Under the pieces are notes generated by a model. That model searched no databases, was not told where the DNA came from, and saw only the letters and a program-made list of their open reading frames with translations. The position numbers were made by a program, and so were the translations under genes. From assembly GCA_964016885.1 (NCBI GenBank), contig OZ024741.1, positions 118,606,001 through 118,670,000 on the forward strand: 64,000 nt of DNA. Reading direction: 5' to 3'. The stretch is from Eledone cirrhosa. Lineage: Eukaryota. Each line of letters starts with the position of its first letter. Positions within the stretch are counted from its first letter, which is position 1. Below are positions 13,650 to 27,684 of the stretch, piece by piece.

Positions 13650-15229
13650 CCATCGCTACGGGCGTTTCAATGCCAAAAAAAAAAAAACCTGCGAACAAAA
13701 CTAAGTGCAGTAACCCCCAAAACAGAAAAACTATTATCAGAAAAATAAAAAAGAACGAACAAAAATATTAACACTAAAATACTGCCAACAGCAACACACA
13801 CATTCGACGACTATCGGCCTGCTTGAATCAAATAAATATAACCTCCAACAATGCATGAAGACCATCATCAATAACCAAAGAACAGCTGAAGAGAAGTCGG
13901 CCATTGAGAAAATCAAACTCAACCCCAAAGTGTTCTTTTCATTTGCGAAAAAACACAAGGTCACTGTCTCCACTGTTGGCCCTCTAGTTGATGAAAATAG
14001 CACACTCTAAGATAATGCCAAAACCGCGGGCGAGATACTGCAGAAACAATACTGCTCTGTTTTTAGCAATCCTGATATGGCCGATCTGGGCTGTATCAGT
14101 GATGTTAATCCCCCAACACACTATATCAGACATAACGTTTGGCGCCCATTTCTTTTCATCATCTACATTAATGACATTACTGACATCATCAAGCACAGCA
14201 ACATAAGAATCTTCGCAGATGATTCCAAGTTCCAAAGGGTCATCAATGAGGTGGGTGACAGTACTTGCCTTCAGTCATACCTACCGGCTGTTATCCAATG
14301 GGCAGAAAAGAACAGTATGCTGTTGAATGACGATAGGTTCGAGTTAATCCACTTTGGAAAAAAGTCTTCTTGAACTTGATGGGATCTATTTCTGTTTTAA
14401 TGTGTTTTGGTGTAAAGAGAAAAGGGGCCTGAAACTCCCATATTCTCTTCATTCAGGTGAAACTATCGTGGCATCCAACATCAGAGACCTGGGAATAATT
14501 GTGGACAACAACATAAGCTGGGCCACTCATATAAACAGCAAATTTGACATGGCCCGCAGAATGTGTTCCTGATTCTCAGAACCTGCCAGTCGAGAGATAT
14601 CCACATTGTTATCCTTCTCTTTTGCCCGACCCCACCTTGAATACTGTTGTCCACTGTGGTCTCCCCACACAAAAAAAAGTATCATGAAAGTTGAAGCACC
14701 CCAAAGGTAAATAAAAATAAAGATAGATGGCATGACAGGCCTTGACTATTGGAGTCGATTTGAAAAACTCAACCTTTATTCTCTCCAACGTTGCTGTGAG
14801 CGCTAGATTATCTGCATGATGTGGAAAATATTCCATCAGCTTTGCCCAAATGATGTTGGCATCCCCTTTAAGGTACACCCAAGGCTTGGGCCCCGCGCTA
14901 TCAGCCACGACAGAAATCTCACTCGCATCTCATAACAACAATACGGCACAATTATTTCACCTCAATTGGCCCCGCTCTCTTTAACATTACACCAAAACAC
15001 ATTAAAACAGAAACAGATCCCATCAAGTTCAAGAAGTCTTTGGACAAATTACTTCAAGAAATCCCGGATAAACCTCCTACATCCGGATATGCCTCCGTAA
15101 ACAATAACTCTCTACTTGAGTGGGCCATGGTGCCCAAATCCTGATTTGAAAGACTTCGCCAGGTGGTGCTATTAAGTTAGACATGGCTGGGCCAATACTG
15201 GCCGAAACCTATCAAAGTTATCAAAGTTA
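13650..15229 (+). mobile_element. CR1-clade LINE, 5'-truncated and internally deleted
   Basis: IKLNPKVFFSFAK; PFLFIIYINDI...IRIFADDSK (RT motif); RPHLEYCCPLWSPH; repeated TATCAAAGT tail. Confidence 0.85.
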
Positions 15230-15859
15230 CACGCACACACACACATACACACACACATATATATATATTTTAAAAAAATTAGAAATAGAAGCTTTCGCCG
15301 TATTTTGACTAAAGAAATTCTAGTCGACAGTGGGGTTTAGAACCCTCACAGAAATGGAAAAAGATGAGTATTGACGTACATATACTTACACACACACACA
15401 CACACACACACTCATATATATATATATATATACAGGTGTTCCCAAAAGTGTATACATACTTTAATTACCTCTACAGGCAAAACTTATTAGAATGTATACA
15501 TTTTTGGGGGGATATATATATGTGTGTTTATGTGGAAATGAGTGTTGTTGAATAGTCATGTGAATTCTCTACGCTTTTAAAATGTCCATAATATATTACA
15601 CATTAACAAAACAATACTTTGCTTAGTTATCATTGTTGTTGTTGATATGTTTTGTTTTTTCATTTGTTTGTACGAACTACCCGCGAATTCTCAACCAGAA
15701 ACATCAAGAGACAGCAAACTCGTCAGTTTTAATAGTTGACATTTAATAGTTGTAGTTGTAAAATTGGTAAAATAATCCAGAAGTTTCAGTTTACAACCTG
15801 TGAGTGTGTGCATATTTGTATGTGTGCATAATTTCTGTGTCTACAAGGAGACAAACTTG

Positions 15860-16260
15860 CATAAAATGTTTGAAGTACCAATGAGAATGATATTTTACGA
15901 CTCCCTGATTTTAAGGCAACCAGGAATTTGGGTTATATCATCGTTTGCACCCTTGGTTATCATTCCTAGTGCCCCAATGACTACAGGTAACGTAATTGTT
16001 TTGAGATGCCACATTCTACTACTTTCTATTTCAAATTATTTATATTTACCGAGTTTCTCAAATGTTTTTAGAGATATGTTTTGTTAGCTGAGGTCGCGAC
16101 ATCTATTAGAAGACAAGTTTTTCCAACAAAATATTTAACAATAATACTTAGCCGATTGGCTTGGATTTATCTGTCTGTTTGAATTCTGTAGAATTGAGTC
16201 TTCAGTATTTTGAGTAGCTTGTGGTGGTTTATGCTCCCAGCAATTCTCTTTATGTGCGGC
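15860..16260 (-). mobile_element. R4/Dong-like RLE fragment
   Basis: WEHKP...KTCLLIDVA...RMWHLKTITLPVVIGALG on the minus strand, frameshifted. Confidence 0.7.
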
Positions 16261-16639
16261 ATATCCCCTTGTGTATGTACTGTTAAGAGGGAAAATACCG
16301 GGGTATGAAGTGGGGCCAGAATAAATGCTGTGAATCATTTTAATCCGACGTCGAGATAGTCCCAGGAATATACAAAAATATTTAAAAAATTTGATATCAT
16401 TTGAGATGTAAATATCCTAGAAACTACAAAGTCTAGGACATCAAGACTGAGCAGGTTTAATGTTTAGCAACGTAAGATTTATTCTTCAAAATTTGTCAAC
16501 ATTTTAACACTAATTTACAATAAATATTTTAATGTGACAACCTTGGGAATAGGCCATGGTATCAACATTTTTGAAACACTCTGATATACTATGGCGTAGT
16601 GTACAAAGTGCCTTTATCCATTGGAGCTCTATGGCACTG

Positions 16640-17045
16640 GTTACATTGTCACATTTAACTTCCTGCTGCACTTCGGGCTGAGGAGGGCAAACTCCCCAAG
16701 TATCGGTCGCTTTCCGACAGGTTTGCGGTCGTGCCCCTAGCTGTGGAGACTTCTGGTGTCCTTGGTCCTAGGGCTACCTCCCTACACACTTCCATAGGCG
16801 CTGAGCTGGCTAGCCGCAGGTGTGAGCCTCGCGAGATGGAATGGTTCTCCTAGCGCATCTCCCTTACCATCCTCCGGGGAAACGCTTTCTCCATTCTGTC
16901 CGCCGTGACCGTGGAGCGGCCAGCACGTGGTACCCCATTTGCTCATAATAGAGAGAGATGGGGCAGGCGAGAGAGATGGGGGTGGTGACAGTGGGAGTTC
17001 GGCTCTTCCGTGTTCGGACTCATTTATCTACCCCATTATCATTAC
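16640..17045 (+). mobile_element. CRE-clade non-LTR retrotransposon 3' end
   Basis: AEEGKLPKYRSLSDRFAVVPLAVETSGVLGPRA...EPREMEWFS*RISLTILRGNAFSILSA, the CRE RLE C-terminus. Confidence 0.8.
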
Positions 17046-18127
17046 TACACACGCACACATATATATATATACACTTCCCATCCCACAAAAAAAAAAACAA
17101 AAAAAAAACAAAAAAAAACGGCGTTTTCATAATCCTTGCGGCTCTGATATTATGTATAAATTTTGAATTTCTTTTATGAATTTTTTTTATGTTACATATT
17201 TTTGTATGTTCTTGATGCAGCAAATCCTTTTTTTGTTTTTTTGTTTCAAAATATTTATATTTTTGTTTGTAAAAGTTATTGTTACTAAGATAGTATTTCC
17301 ATTAGACCTTTCCGAATTTCTTTAGTCAGATAATTGATTTAATATAAAACTGATACTTGGTAATATTTCACACTGGTATGGACTCTATCACTCTTTGCTT
17401 GACATTAAAACAGTATTTAAAGCTATGGAACACAATTTGATCGTTAAGTGAGGAGTTCGTTTAACGTCCAATTCTCTTTACAACTAGGTAAGTGCAACGG
17501 AACTTAGTCGTTAAGAGAGGTGTTCCCTGTATTAACCGCCACCGCCACCACCATCAACAACACCACCATTAGATTGGGCATATTTGTTTCTTTAATTTAG
17601 ACTCACGTTAAGTACTAATTGGAGCATCTCTTTAGGAAATGGAGCGAAACCAATGTTTGGTATGTGTGTGGGTTGGATTGGGGGTTCTAATTAATGAGGA
17701 CAGAAATTCTGGAAACCATGGCCGTGTTCCGACATGCGTTGACAAACAAGAATATTTTGAGCCTTCGAGAGTTACTCTGCGAGACCTGTTAGAAATAGGA
17801 GCCAAATCTCCCCAAAATCAAACTCCATTGCCTTAAAAATGAACATTTTAAATAACATAGTTTTCGATAAAATATAATATGGAACAGTCATGATTGAAAT
17901 GCTTTTGATAGATCGATAAAGAAAACGAACGGATAGCTACACGTATAGGGATAGATATACAAATACATATATAAATATATGTATAGCTATATACGTATAT
18001 ATATGTGTGAATATATATAAGTACACACATATACATATGAATGTATATTATACATACGTGCATTCATATGTGTATATATGTATACTATACACTCATATGT
18101 GTGTGTGTACTTATATATATTCATATA

Positions 18128-18348
18128 AAGGGCGGTGGATTGGCAGAATGGGTAGAGCGTCGGACCAAATGCTTCGCGGCATAGAATTACGGCCCTTTAC
18201 ATTCTGATTTCAAATCCTGCCAAGGTTAGCTTTTCCTTTCATCCTTACAGGGTTGATAAAATAAAGTACCAGTGAGCACTGGGGTTGATTTAATCTACTT
18301 TCCCCTCCCCCAAAATTGCTGGCCTTGTGCCTAAAATAGAAACAATTA
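18128..18348 (+). mobile_element. SINE family A, full length
   Basis: A-box TGGCAGAATGG, B-box, core and tail all present. Confidence 0.9.
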
Positions 18349-18498
18349 TACATATATATATATATACACAACCAGAGTAAGAGACACACTGACAGAGATG
18401 TACTGCAATACACTACAGAATAGAGAGGAGGCAGCTGTGTGTGTGTGTGTAAATCGATAGATGGATGAATATATTGAAACATGGCTGACAGTGATAAT

Positions 18499-18681
18499 TG
18501 TTTCTACTTTTGGCACAAGGCCATCAATTACCCAGTACATTACTGGTACTTTATTTTATCGACCCCGTAAGGATGAAAGGCAAAGTTAACCTCGGCGGGA
18601 TTTGAACTCAGACTGTAAAGGGAGGACGTAACTATGCTGGAAAGCATGGCGTCCGACTCTCTACCGATACTGCCAATCCAC
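18499..18681 (-). mobile_element. SINE family A, 15-bp TSD
   Basis: GCTGACAGTGATAAT at 18484-18498 and 18682-18696. Confidence 0.9.
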
Positions 18682-19733
18682 GCTGACAGTGATAATGAAT
18701 ATGTGAATTATTTAAATATTTAAAAAACAAAATGGAGACATAAATATCGTTAATTGAACATTATAACAATAACTGTCGAGAAAATGTAGAAACCTTTGAA
18801 ATGTAAAATTATAGAATGAAGTAGAAAACATCTTGACAGGAATGTAAAGTTTGCACTCGAGAATCTACACAAGAAATTAGATGAAACTAATAGTGAAAAC
18901 ATCATAACTATTTTATTGGAACTTTCTGGACGACCAACATTTCGTCAACGAATAGAATCAACCCAGAACGGCTGAGGGAGGGGAGGGTGGATTGGGCGAG
19001 GGATGGATAACATTAGTTTAGTTTCAGAGAAATCTCGTGCATTTAAAGCAAGGGTTGAGAGTGGAGGCATATCTAGGGAAAATAGTGCCTATGACCAGCA
19101 GTGAAATTGTGCCCCTGCCCAGCATGTATGTTTACCCATGGGCCTAATAATTTATATAAATGGTTTAATGATCCTGCCACTATAGTGTTCTCACCCATGA
19201 TAGAGACAGATCATACATCTGAAGGAGTTTCTTTTTTCAATTTCCGATGAGGCTTATTTCACTTTAATAGAACGTGCTCCTAGTCCAAGTGGCGCCCCCT
19301 TCATGTGGCCTCCATGCTTGCACTACCCTAGTTACGCATCTGGTTGAGAATGTTCTTTATTATAGCTCGATCAGCACACACCTTGGGCTTAACATCCACG
19401 GACTCTTCGTCGGTTTCGACGATGAGTGTGACAGTTGTTCGATCAACAGAACAGTCTGCTCAAGAAATTAACGTAGAAGTGGCTGAGTATTCTAAAGACA
19501 CGTGTACCTTTAAAGCAATCCTCAGAGAAATTCAACGAAACACAGTGTGTGACAAGATTGGCCGATTCAATTACAGGTAAAGTCCTTCACATGGTCTTCC
19601 AGTTTCCGTCTACCCGATTTTAATCAAAAGGCATGGGTCGACTCGAAGCTATATGTATTTTATATATATATATATATATATAGTAATAATAATAAATTTG
19701 AAGACTAAAATCCAAAGAGGGCTCGATAAGGAT

Positions 19734-19786
19734 AAGTTTCAGAAGATCCCGTTAAGGGTGAAAGCAGCGATTCATTGCTTAAACTT
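19734..19786 (+). ncRNA. Type I hammerhead-like fold, CAGAAGA core variant
   Basis: AAGTTT-CAGAAGA-T-CCC-GTTAA-GGG-T-GAAA-GCAG-CGATTCA-TTGC-TT-AAACTT. Confidence 0.55.
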
Positions 19787-19809
19787 TAATCTGTTATTTT
19801 AATAAATAA

Positions 19810-19854
<45 letters not shown>

Positions 19855-19858
19855 TATT

Positions 19859-19937
19859 ATAACTTTAACTTTGATAATTTTGATAGGTTTCGACTAGTGT
19901 TGGTCCAGACCATGTCTAACTTAATAGCACCACCTGT
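19859..19937 (-). mobile_element. CR1 3' tail, severely truncated
   Basis: Reverse complement of 15159-15229. Confidence 0.85.
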
Positions 19938-20159
19938 ATATATATACATACATACATTCTACATTATATCCCTGTGTTGGAGCCACGATAAAATACACTC
20001 GATAGAGCGGGGAACCTTATGTAATCACGATGTTGAACCCTCCACCCCCACCCATGCCTGTCTGGGAGGTCAGTAGCCCCAGTGATAACCCGGCCAATCC
20101 TTGCTAGCAGGAAAAGCGGACGGTAAATGATATATATATACATACACACACAACCACAA

Positions 20160-20214
<55 letters not shown>

Positions 20215-20299
20215 AAAAGATGAAATCGAAAATGCAACTGGAGTCTGTTGTTTTTCTGACAGATGTGAGAAAAACCACAGACCCTCCATCTCAACCCTA

Positions 20300-20335
20300 C
20301 TTTTGAAAAGCAGAAGAACTGCGAAACCGGTAAAG
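20300..20335 (+). ncRNA. Minimal hammerhead-like motif with U3-A8 covariant core
   Basis: CTT-TTGAAAA-GCAG-AAGAA-CTGC-GAAAC-CG-GTA-AAG, inside a 33-bp inverted repeat (20214-20246/20368-20400). Confidence 0.5.
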
Positions 20336-20460
20336 GAACCAAATAAATATATATATTTTTTAAAATAAGACTCCAGTTGCATTTTCGATTTCATCTTTTT
20401 TTCTTTATACTTTCATTCGTGTAGGACACCTCGGTTATTTTTCATTTTGTAAAAAAACCT

Positions 20461-20499
<39 letters not shown>

Positions 20500-20554
20500 A
20501 AAATATATATATATATATGTGTAAAAAAACCTCACACATATATATATATATATG

Positions 20555-20586
<32 letters not shown>

Positions 20587-21045
20587 TATTTTAATACATA
20601 TATTTACCACTGCGATTCTGTGTTTTTTTCTCTCTCTCTTACTGTTCCCCCATTCTCTCTGTTTCTCCCCCTCTGTCTTGTCCGTTAACTCTTCCTCACA
20701 CTTTCACTCACTCACTGTTTTTCTCCCTCTTCTCTTCATTTCATCCTGCACTCACGGACGCTATTTTTTCTCTCTCTGCTCAATGGCCTTCGTTCGTGCT
20801 GGACTATTCTTTCCCTAGCGCTCATATATTCACCTAGCTTACGCTAACAGAATAATTGTTGAAGCTTGTTTCTCTCCCACGGTATGCTATCTCTTCTGTT
20901 GTTCTCCTGTCTCACTCGCTTTACGCGTTTTAATTGTCCTAATAACTTATTTTGGTTATTATTGCACCGAAGTGAGATATATGATTTTTAATGCAATGAA
21001 ATATCTATGATCTTCGGCAAATCACTGATGAGGGACGTATTTTAT

Positions 21046-21639
<594 letters not shown>

Positions 21640-21644
21640 TTTGT

Positions 21645-21920
21645 GGAGGCACGTGGACTAGTGGTAAGGGTGCTGGACTTACGATCATAATGTCGTGGGT
21701 TGTTCGATTCCTGGGTTGCGTAAACACTTCATTTCACGTTGTTCCAGTATACTAAATTGAAAATGTGTACCAGCAATAGCTGGGGGTTTAACCCTGCGAT
21801 GGACTGGCGTCCTGTCCAGGGGGGGGGGGGGGAGTCTTGTACTCTCAGTCGCTTCACGCCATGAAACCGGGATAAGCACCGGCCTAATGAGACTTCTGGA
21901 TTAAGACAGACTTTAGACTT
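21645..21920 (+). mobile_element. tRNA-derived SINE with a Deu/Nin/V-like conserved central motif
   Basis: A-box TAGTGG and B-box GTTCGATTC; motif AACCCTGCGATGGACTGGCGTCCTGTCCAGGG...AAACCGGGATAAGC familiar from widespread animal SINEs. Exact superfamily uncertain. Confidence 0.75.
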
Positions 21921-22242
21921 TTCTTTAGATATCCATATATATGAATACATATTTACAGACACATAGACACAGATCTGGCAGATCATATAGAACACTACAC
22001 ATTATAATAATTGATCGACGAGGGCGAAGAGGCCAACACACCTATTATACGCATTCTCTCCACTATATATATATATTGTAATGAATTGTACATTCATTGA
22101 CACAGTAACACTGTTACGTCAACTCAATTATATACTGAAAAAAGGTTTGGCTCCTATTGTTATATATTCTGGTTTAACACGCACAAACACACACACACAC
22201 ACACATATACATATATATACTGACGCACCCTCATTTGTATGA

Positions 22243-22287
<45 letters not shown>

Positions 22288-22308
22288 CCATCCTCTCTCT
22301 CTTCATAC

Positions 22309-22372
<64 letters not shown>

Positions 22373-22534
22373 GTATTTATATGAATATAACAGGTGTAGA
22401 CTCTTGTAATGTATTGTATTTAATTTAATTTCATTATAGGGAATCTCCCAGCCTATTGTAATGTTCGCGATTTTATGAAAAGGAATGAATTGAACATTCA
22501 TACATATACTTACATAAGCGCCCGCAGACACATG

Positions 22535-22566
<32 letters not shown>

Positions 22567-22770
22567 CACACACACACATATACACATTCATACATATACT
22601 TACATAAGCGCCCGCAGACACATGCACACACACACACACACACAAATGCGCGCGCGCACACATACACACACATATATATATATATACACACACACACTCA
22701 CACATATACACATTCATACCATATACATATATATGCATACATACACACAAATGCGCGCGCGCGCACACAT

Positions 22771-22816
<46 letters not shown>

Positions 22817-22864
22817 TCACACATACACATTCATACCATATACATATATATGCATACATGCACA

Positions 22865-23172
22865 CGGTTACAACGACGAAGGTTCTAGTTGATGCAATCA
22901 AAGGAACAGTCTACTCGTGAAATTCACGTGCAGGTAGCTGAGCATTCCACAAACACACGTACCCTTAATGTAGTTCTCAGGGAGATTCAGCGTAACACAG
23001 AATGTGACAAAGCTGGCCCTTCAAATTATAGGTACAACTCATTTTTGCCAACTGCGTGGACTGGAGCAACGTGAAATAAAGTGTCTTGCTAAAGGAAAAA
23101 ATGCACCTCCGGGAATCGAACTCATGACCTTACAATCGTGAGCCGAATACGCTAACCGCAAAGCTACGCGCC
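22865..23172 (-). mobile_element. tRNA-derived SINE family C
   Basis: Minus-strand head GGCGCGTAGCTTTGCGGTTAG...GAGTTCGATTCCC; body shared with 19395-19650, 30270-30435 and 47915-48262. Confidence 0.8.
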
Positions 23173-23500
23173 TTAATATTCTCTTCTGTTTGACTATTTC
23201 TGCTTTCTATATTTTTTCTCCCTTGGCTGAGCCCTTGCGCACCGTTCTCTCCCTTCTTTGTCAGTTGACGCACTCAGGATACTTTTCCTTCTATATTTAT
23301 GTAATTCGTCTAAAGGCATAACTTGTATCTACTTGTTTTGTTATGTCCCAATGTGCACTGGAATGAATAGTATCAACCTTAAAGAATCGAAACCGTAGTG
23401 ATTTCCGTGATTTCCGTAGTGATTTCCAGATGGGACTGTCCGTATTTCCATTGTTATTGTCCTATTTTGGATTTATATTCTAATGACTTAGTTTTGCGTT

Positions 23501-23553
<53 letters not shown>

Positions 23554-24067
23554 CTCTCTCTATTTTGCTACCCCCTTTTATTCAATGACATCAACAGTCA
23601 CTCATTCGTATTTCTGGTTGACTCGAGGTTGTGGTAAATACATCTTGCTGAACCTTTAATATAAATGTTTCGCCGTTTGTTTCGTAAATATTTCAGTTGT
23701 TTTACCAACTGAATTGCCTACTCTTGGAATTATAGTAAAAATGGTTGAGTATTCCAAGATTCCATGACACAGAATCAGCGTGACACAATGTGTGACAATG
23801 CTGGTCATTTGAATTAGAGGTACAATGCATTCGATGGACTTCCGCATAGTTTTCGTCTACCATATTTTAGCCACAAAGCTTGAATTGATTCGAAACTATA
23901 TAGTAGGAGACACTTTCACCAATAAGTCACGTAGCGAAATTGAACCCAAAACTACTTGGTTGCTAAACTAATTCCTTAGTCACCAAGCCATACCTGCGCC
24001 TATATATTTAATATTTATGTGTGTCGATGCCCATATTTTTTCCATTCAGTGGATTTATACGCTCTAT

Positions 24068-24252
24068 TATTGGCAGTATCGGTAGAGGGTCGGACGCCAT
24101 GCTTTGTAGCATAGAGTTACGGCCCTTTATGGTCTGAGTCCAAATCCCGCCAAGGTTAACTTTGCCTTTCATCCTTACGGGGTCGATAAAATAAAGTACC
24201 AGTAATACACTGGGATACTTGCTAGCCATGTGCCAAAAGTAGAAACAATCAT
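24068..24252 (+). mobile_element. SINE family A
   Basis: Near-identical to 11323-11499. Confidence 0.9.
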
Positions 24253-24682
24253 TAGACTATTTTATTTAGTCAAAGTTACAGCGAAATCTAATTCCCTTTC
24301 ATATATTTTTTCATCCTACCGCCCTCACAGTGTTGTTAGCAAACACTCCAACTATATTTATATATTACAACATTCTCAATTTTCCCCACGCTCTTCCGCC
24401 CCTCCTATTAAATTTCTATGTCCTCAAACAATTATTTAGTCAATATATACTGCTACGCAGCCGTCTCTTTAAAACTCTTTAAAAAGTATTTCCTTTTGTA
24501 TAGTACAAATATGTACAAAATAACAACAAATATGTCAATTTAGGTACAACATGGACAGATATATTTCATTCATGCCATGAAGAGTATTCAGAAGTGAGGT
24601 GGCACCTATAAATTGTTTAAAGGTTCTTTGGTGTGAATAAGCTTTTGAGGAGTCGATAAAAAAAATCATATCTAATCAGCAT

Positions 24683-25802
24683 AGGGCGGTGGATTGGCAA
24701 TATTGGTAGAGCGCCGGACACCATGCTTCGTAGCATAGTGTTATGTCCTTTTACGTTCTGAGCTCAAATCCCGCTAAGCTTAGCTTTGCCTTTCATGCTT
24801 ACGGGATCGATAAAATAAAGAACCAGTAACGTACTGCCTAAATCAGAAACTATCATCTAACCAGCATGGCCGAATGGTTAAGATGTTTGCTTGCAATCAT
24901 TAGATTTAGGGTTCGATCCCACTGCGTGCTATCTTGGACAAGTAACATTTGCATAGCACAAAATGCCAACCTATGACTTAGAAGTGAAATTAGGTTGACG
25001 GAAACAGTTTAAGGGCCAGCTTTGTCACTTACAGTCACGCCGAATCTCCCCGAATTACGCCAAGCTATTTAAACGTTAACTTCATGAAAAGGCTGTTCAA
25101 TTGATTCAACAACTCGAAACGACGGAAATCCATTAAATATCTATTTAAAACGAAGGTGGTGGATTGGCTGAATCGTTACAATGTCGGATAAATGTTTTGT
25201 AGTGTTGCGTCAATGGTTCTAGGTTTTTACATTCTGAGTTCAAATCCCTCTGAGGTCAAATCCGCCTTTCATTTTTGGGGGCTTGATAAAATAAATTACC
25301 TAGTTAAATACTGAAGTCGGATTAGTCAGCTTCTTTCTTTCCCCCAAATTGTTAGTCTTGTGTCTAAATCAAAATCCATTATTTAATCAGTTATACGTTT
25401 ACTTTTTAACAGACTAAACTAAACTACGTTTATTATTAACGGCCCTCTACGTTTTGAGTTCAAATCCTGCCAAGGTTAACTTTGCATTTCATCCTTACGG
25501 GGTCGATAAAATAAAGTACCAGTAATGCACCGGGGTCTATTAATCGACTTTCCCCTCCCTCAAATTGCTGGCCTTGTGCCTAAATCAGAAACCGTTATTA
25601 GAAATCGAAGAAGGGCGGTGGGTTGGCAGAATCGGTAGAGCTTCGGACAACATGCTTTGTGGAATATAGTTACGTCCTTTTATGTTCTGAATTCAAATCC
25701 CGCCGAGGTTAGCTTTGACTTTCATCCCTACGGGGTTGTTTGAATAAAGTACCAGTAACGTACTGGGGTTGATTTACTTGTGCCTAAGTCAGAAACCATT
25801 AT
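24683..25802 (+). mobile_element. Cluster of about 5 head-to-tail SINEs (families A and C)
   Basis: Copies start near 24683, 24862, 25152, 25440 and 25612; the last has TSD TTATTAGAAATCGAAGA (25595-25611/25799-25815). Confidence 0.85.
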
Positions 25803-26323
25803 TAGAAATCGAAGAGGACTTGGTATCAGCATGAAGCGGGAATTGTTCCTAACGGTTTTAAATGTCCATGTAGTTTGGAACGGACATAGGTACATCTAGG
25901 ATGAAACAACTGAAGATGAGAAAGAGATGACAATTCAAAATAAGTAAGAATTGAGAAAAGCCGGGATTATATGAGGCGGGATGACCTAAGTCAGTCTACT
26001 ACAATGTTTGAATATTTAAACAGAAAAAGTAAGTAAGCTACATTGTCTTTGAGATAGCAGAACATTTCCTTGAGACGTTTAGCGCGGATGACGCTATTTT
26101 CTCACTAAAATTATATAAGGCACAGAACTCATGAATCAAGATAACAACTTCCACTAACTGATTAAAACTGTCTTGAAAACATTCAGCTGTTTATTACGCA
26201 CTGGTCACATGTTACTTCTTTTTAGGTTAGGGTGGGGAGGTGGGGTAGCAATGGATACGTTCACACACACACACACACATTGTATGTACATGTGTACATA
26301 GTATATATATATATATATATATA

Positions 26324-26967
26324 ATAAATTTTAGTACAGCATTGACGAAGCTTTAGAATACGGCCAAGCTAACGTATATGCATAATCGGTCTCTAGCTTG
26401 AGCACTCAGATGAGGATAGACCCCAGAGTAATAACATTACGTTCAGACAGCTTAGCAAATCAGATATAGCGGTCGGCAATCCAGCCGCATCACTAGAGCA
26501 ACGAAAATACAGGACCCAGGAAAAGATTTTATACTGACCCGGACATAGCGGTGAGGCTGAGTGCAAAATATATAACTTACATATATAGCATCCAACATCA
26601 GCGCTAAGTTTCTGCAAATCGAAGATCGACAAATTCCTATTGCAGGAGTCTGCAATATAATGGTTTTTGACGACAGAACATAGGATTTACTTCTTCAGCA
26701 AGTCTTTCGTTCTTAGCCTGAGCGGGTATGTTGTAGCTTTAAATGTCGTCACAGACACGTGGTTTACTCCAAGGGAGGTAACCCCCGCTTAGGCAGTGAA
26801 TTCTAATTTGAGATAAAGGAATGAATCCCTTTAGACAAACCGAATAAAGCACTCAACCAGAAGTTATCAAACAAACTTAAACAATTAATCAATCAATAGA
26901 ATCATCTAATTAAATTAATCAGTTAATCGTTAATTCTAGGAGTAAATATAAATTTTAGTACAGCATT
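26324..26967 (-). mobile_element. 624-bp-period non-coding element with 20-bp terminal direct repeats carrying a type III hammerhead-like fold
   Basis: ATAAATTTTAGTACAGCATT at 26324-26343 and 26948-26967; fold at 26598-26721 on the minus strand. Confidence 0.55.
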
Positions 26968-27159
26968 TATATGTTTATATGTGTGTGTGTGTATATACAG
27001 GGTGTCCCCCAAAAATGTATACATACGTCAGCAATATTGTAATACATACTTTTGGGACAGACACCCTCCCTCTCTCTTTCTCTCTCTCTCTATATATCTA
27101 TATCTATAGACGAAGAATATCCCAAGTGCATCTCTCTCTCTCGCTCTCTCCCTCTCCCC

Positions 27160-27190
<31 letters not shown>

Positions 27191-27475
27191 TATATATATA
27201 TATATAGAGTGAGAGAGTGAGAGAGTGAGAGAGAGAGAGACCCACTTGGGATATTTTTCGTCTATATTTGTGTAATTTTCAGAAAGGCATAACTTGTCCT
27301 GTTTTTGTTTCTACCTGTTTTGTTACGACCCAATGTGCACTGGGATGAATAATATCAACCTTAAATATCGAAACTGTAGTGATATCCAGAGGTTGACTGA
27401 GGAGAGTCTACACACTTTGATTACCTGTACAGGCCGTATTCATTAGAATGCTGCTGAAGTGTGTATACATATTTT

Positions 27476-27642
<167 letters not shown>

Positions 27643-27684
27643 ATATTAACGTTTTGCTCCGACATAGCTGTAGGCATGTAAGTA

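Noticed and set aside
18128-18225. tRNA genes at SINE heads
   Set aside because: A and B boxes are present but there is no full cloverleaf, and the sequence continues into the SINE body.
23355-23400. CAC...GAAAC-C-GTA-GTG hammerhead-like motif (also 27338-27382)
   Set aside because: No CTGANGA core in either copy.
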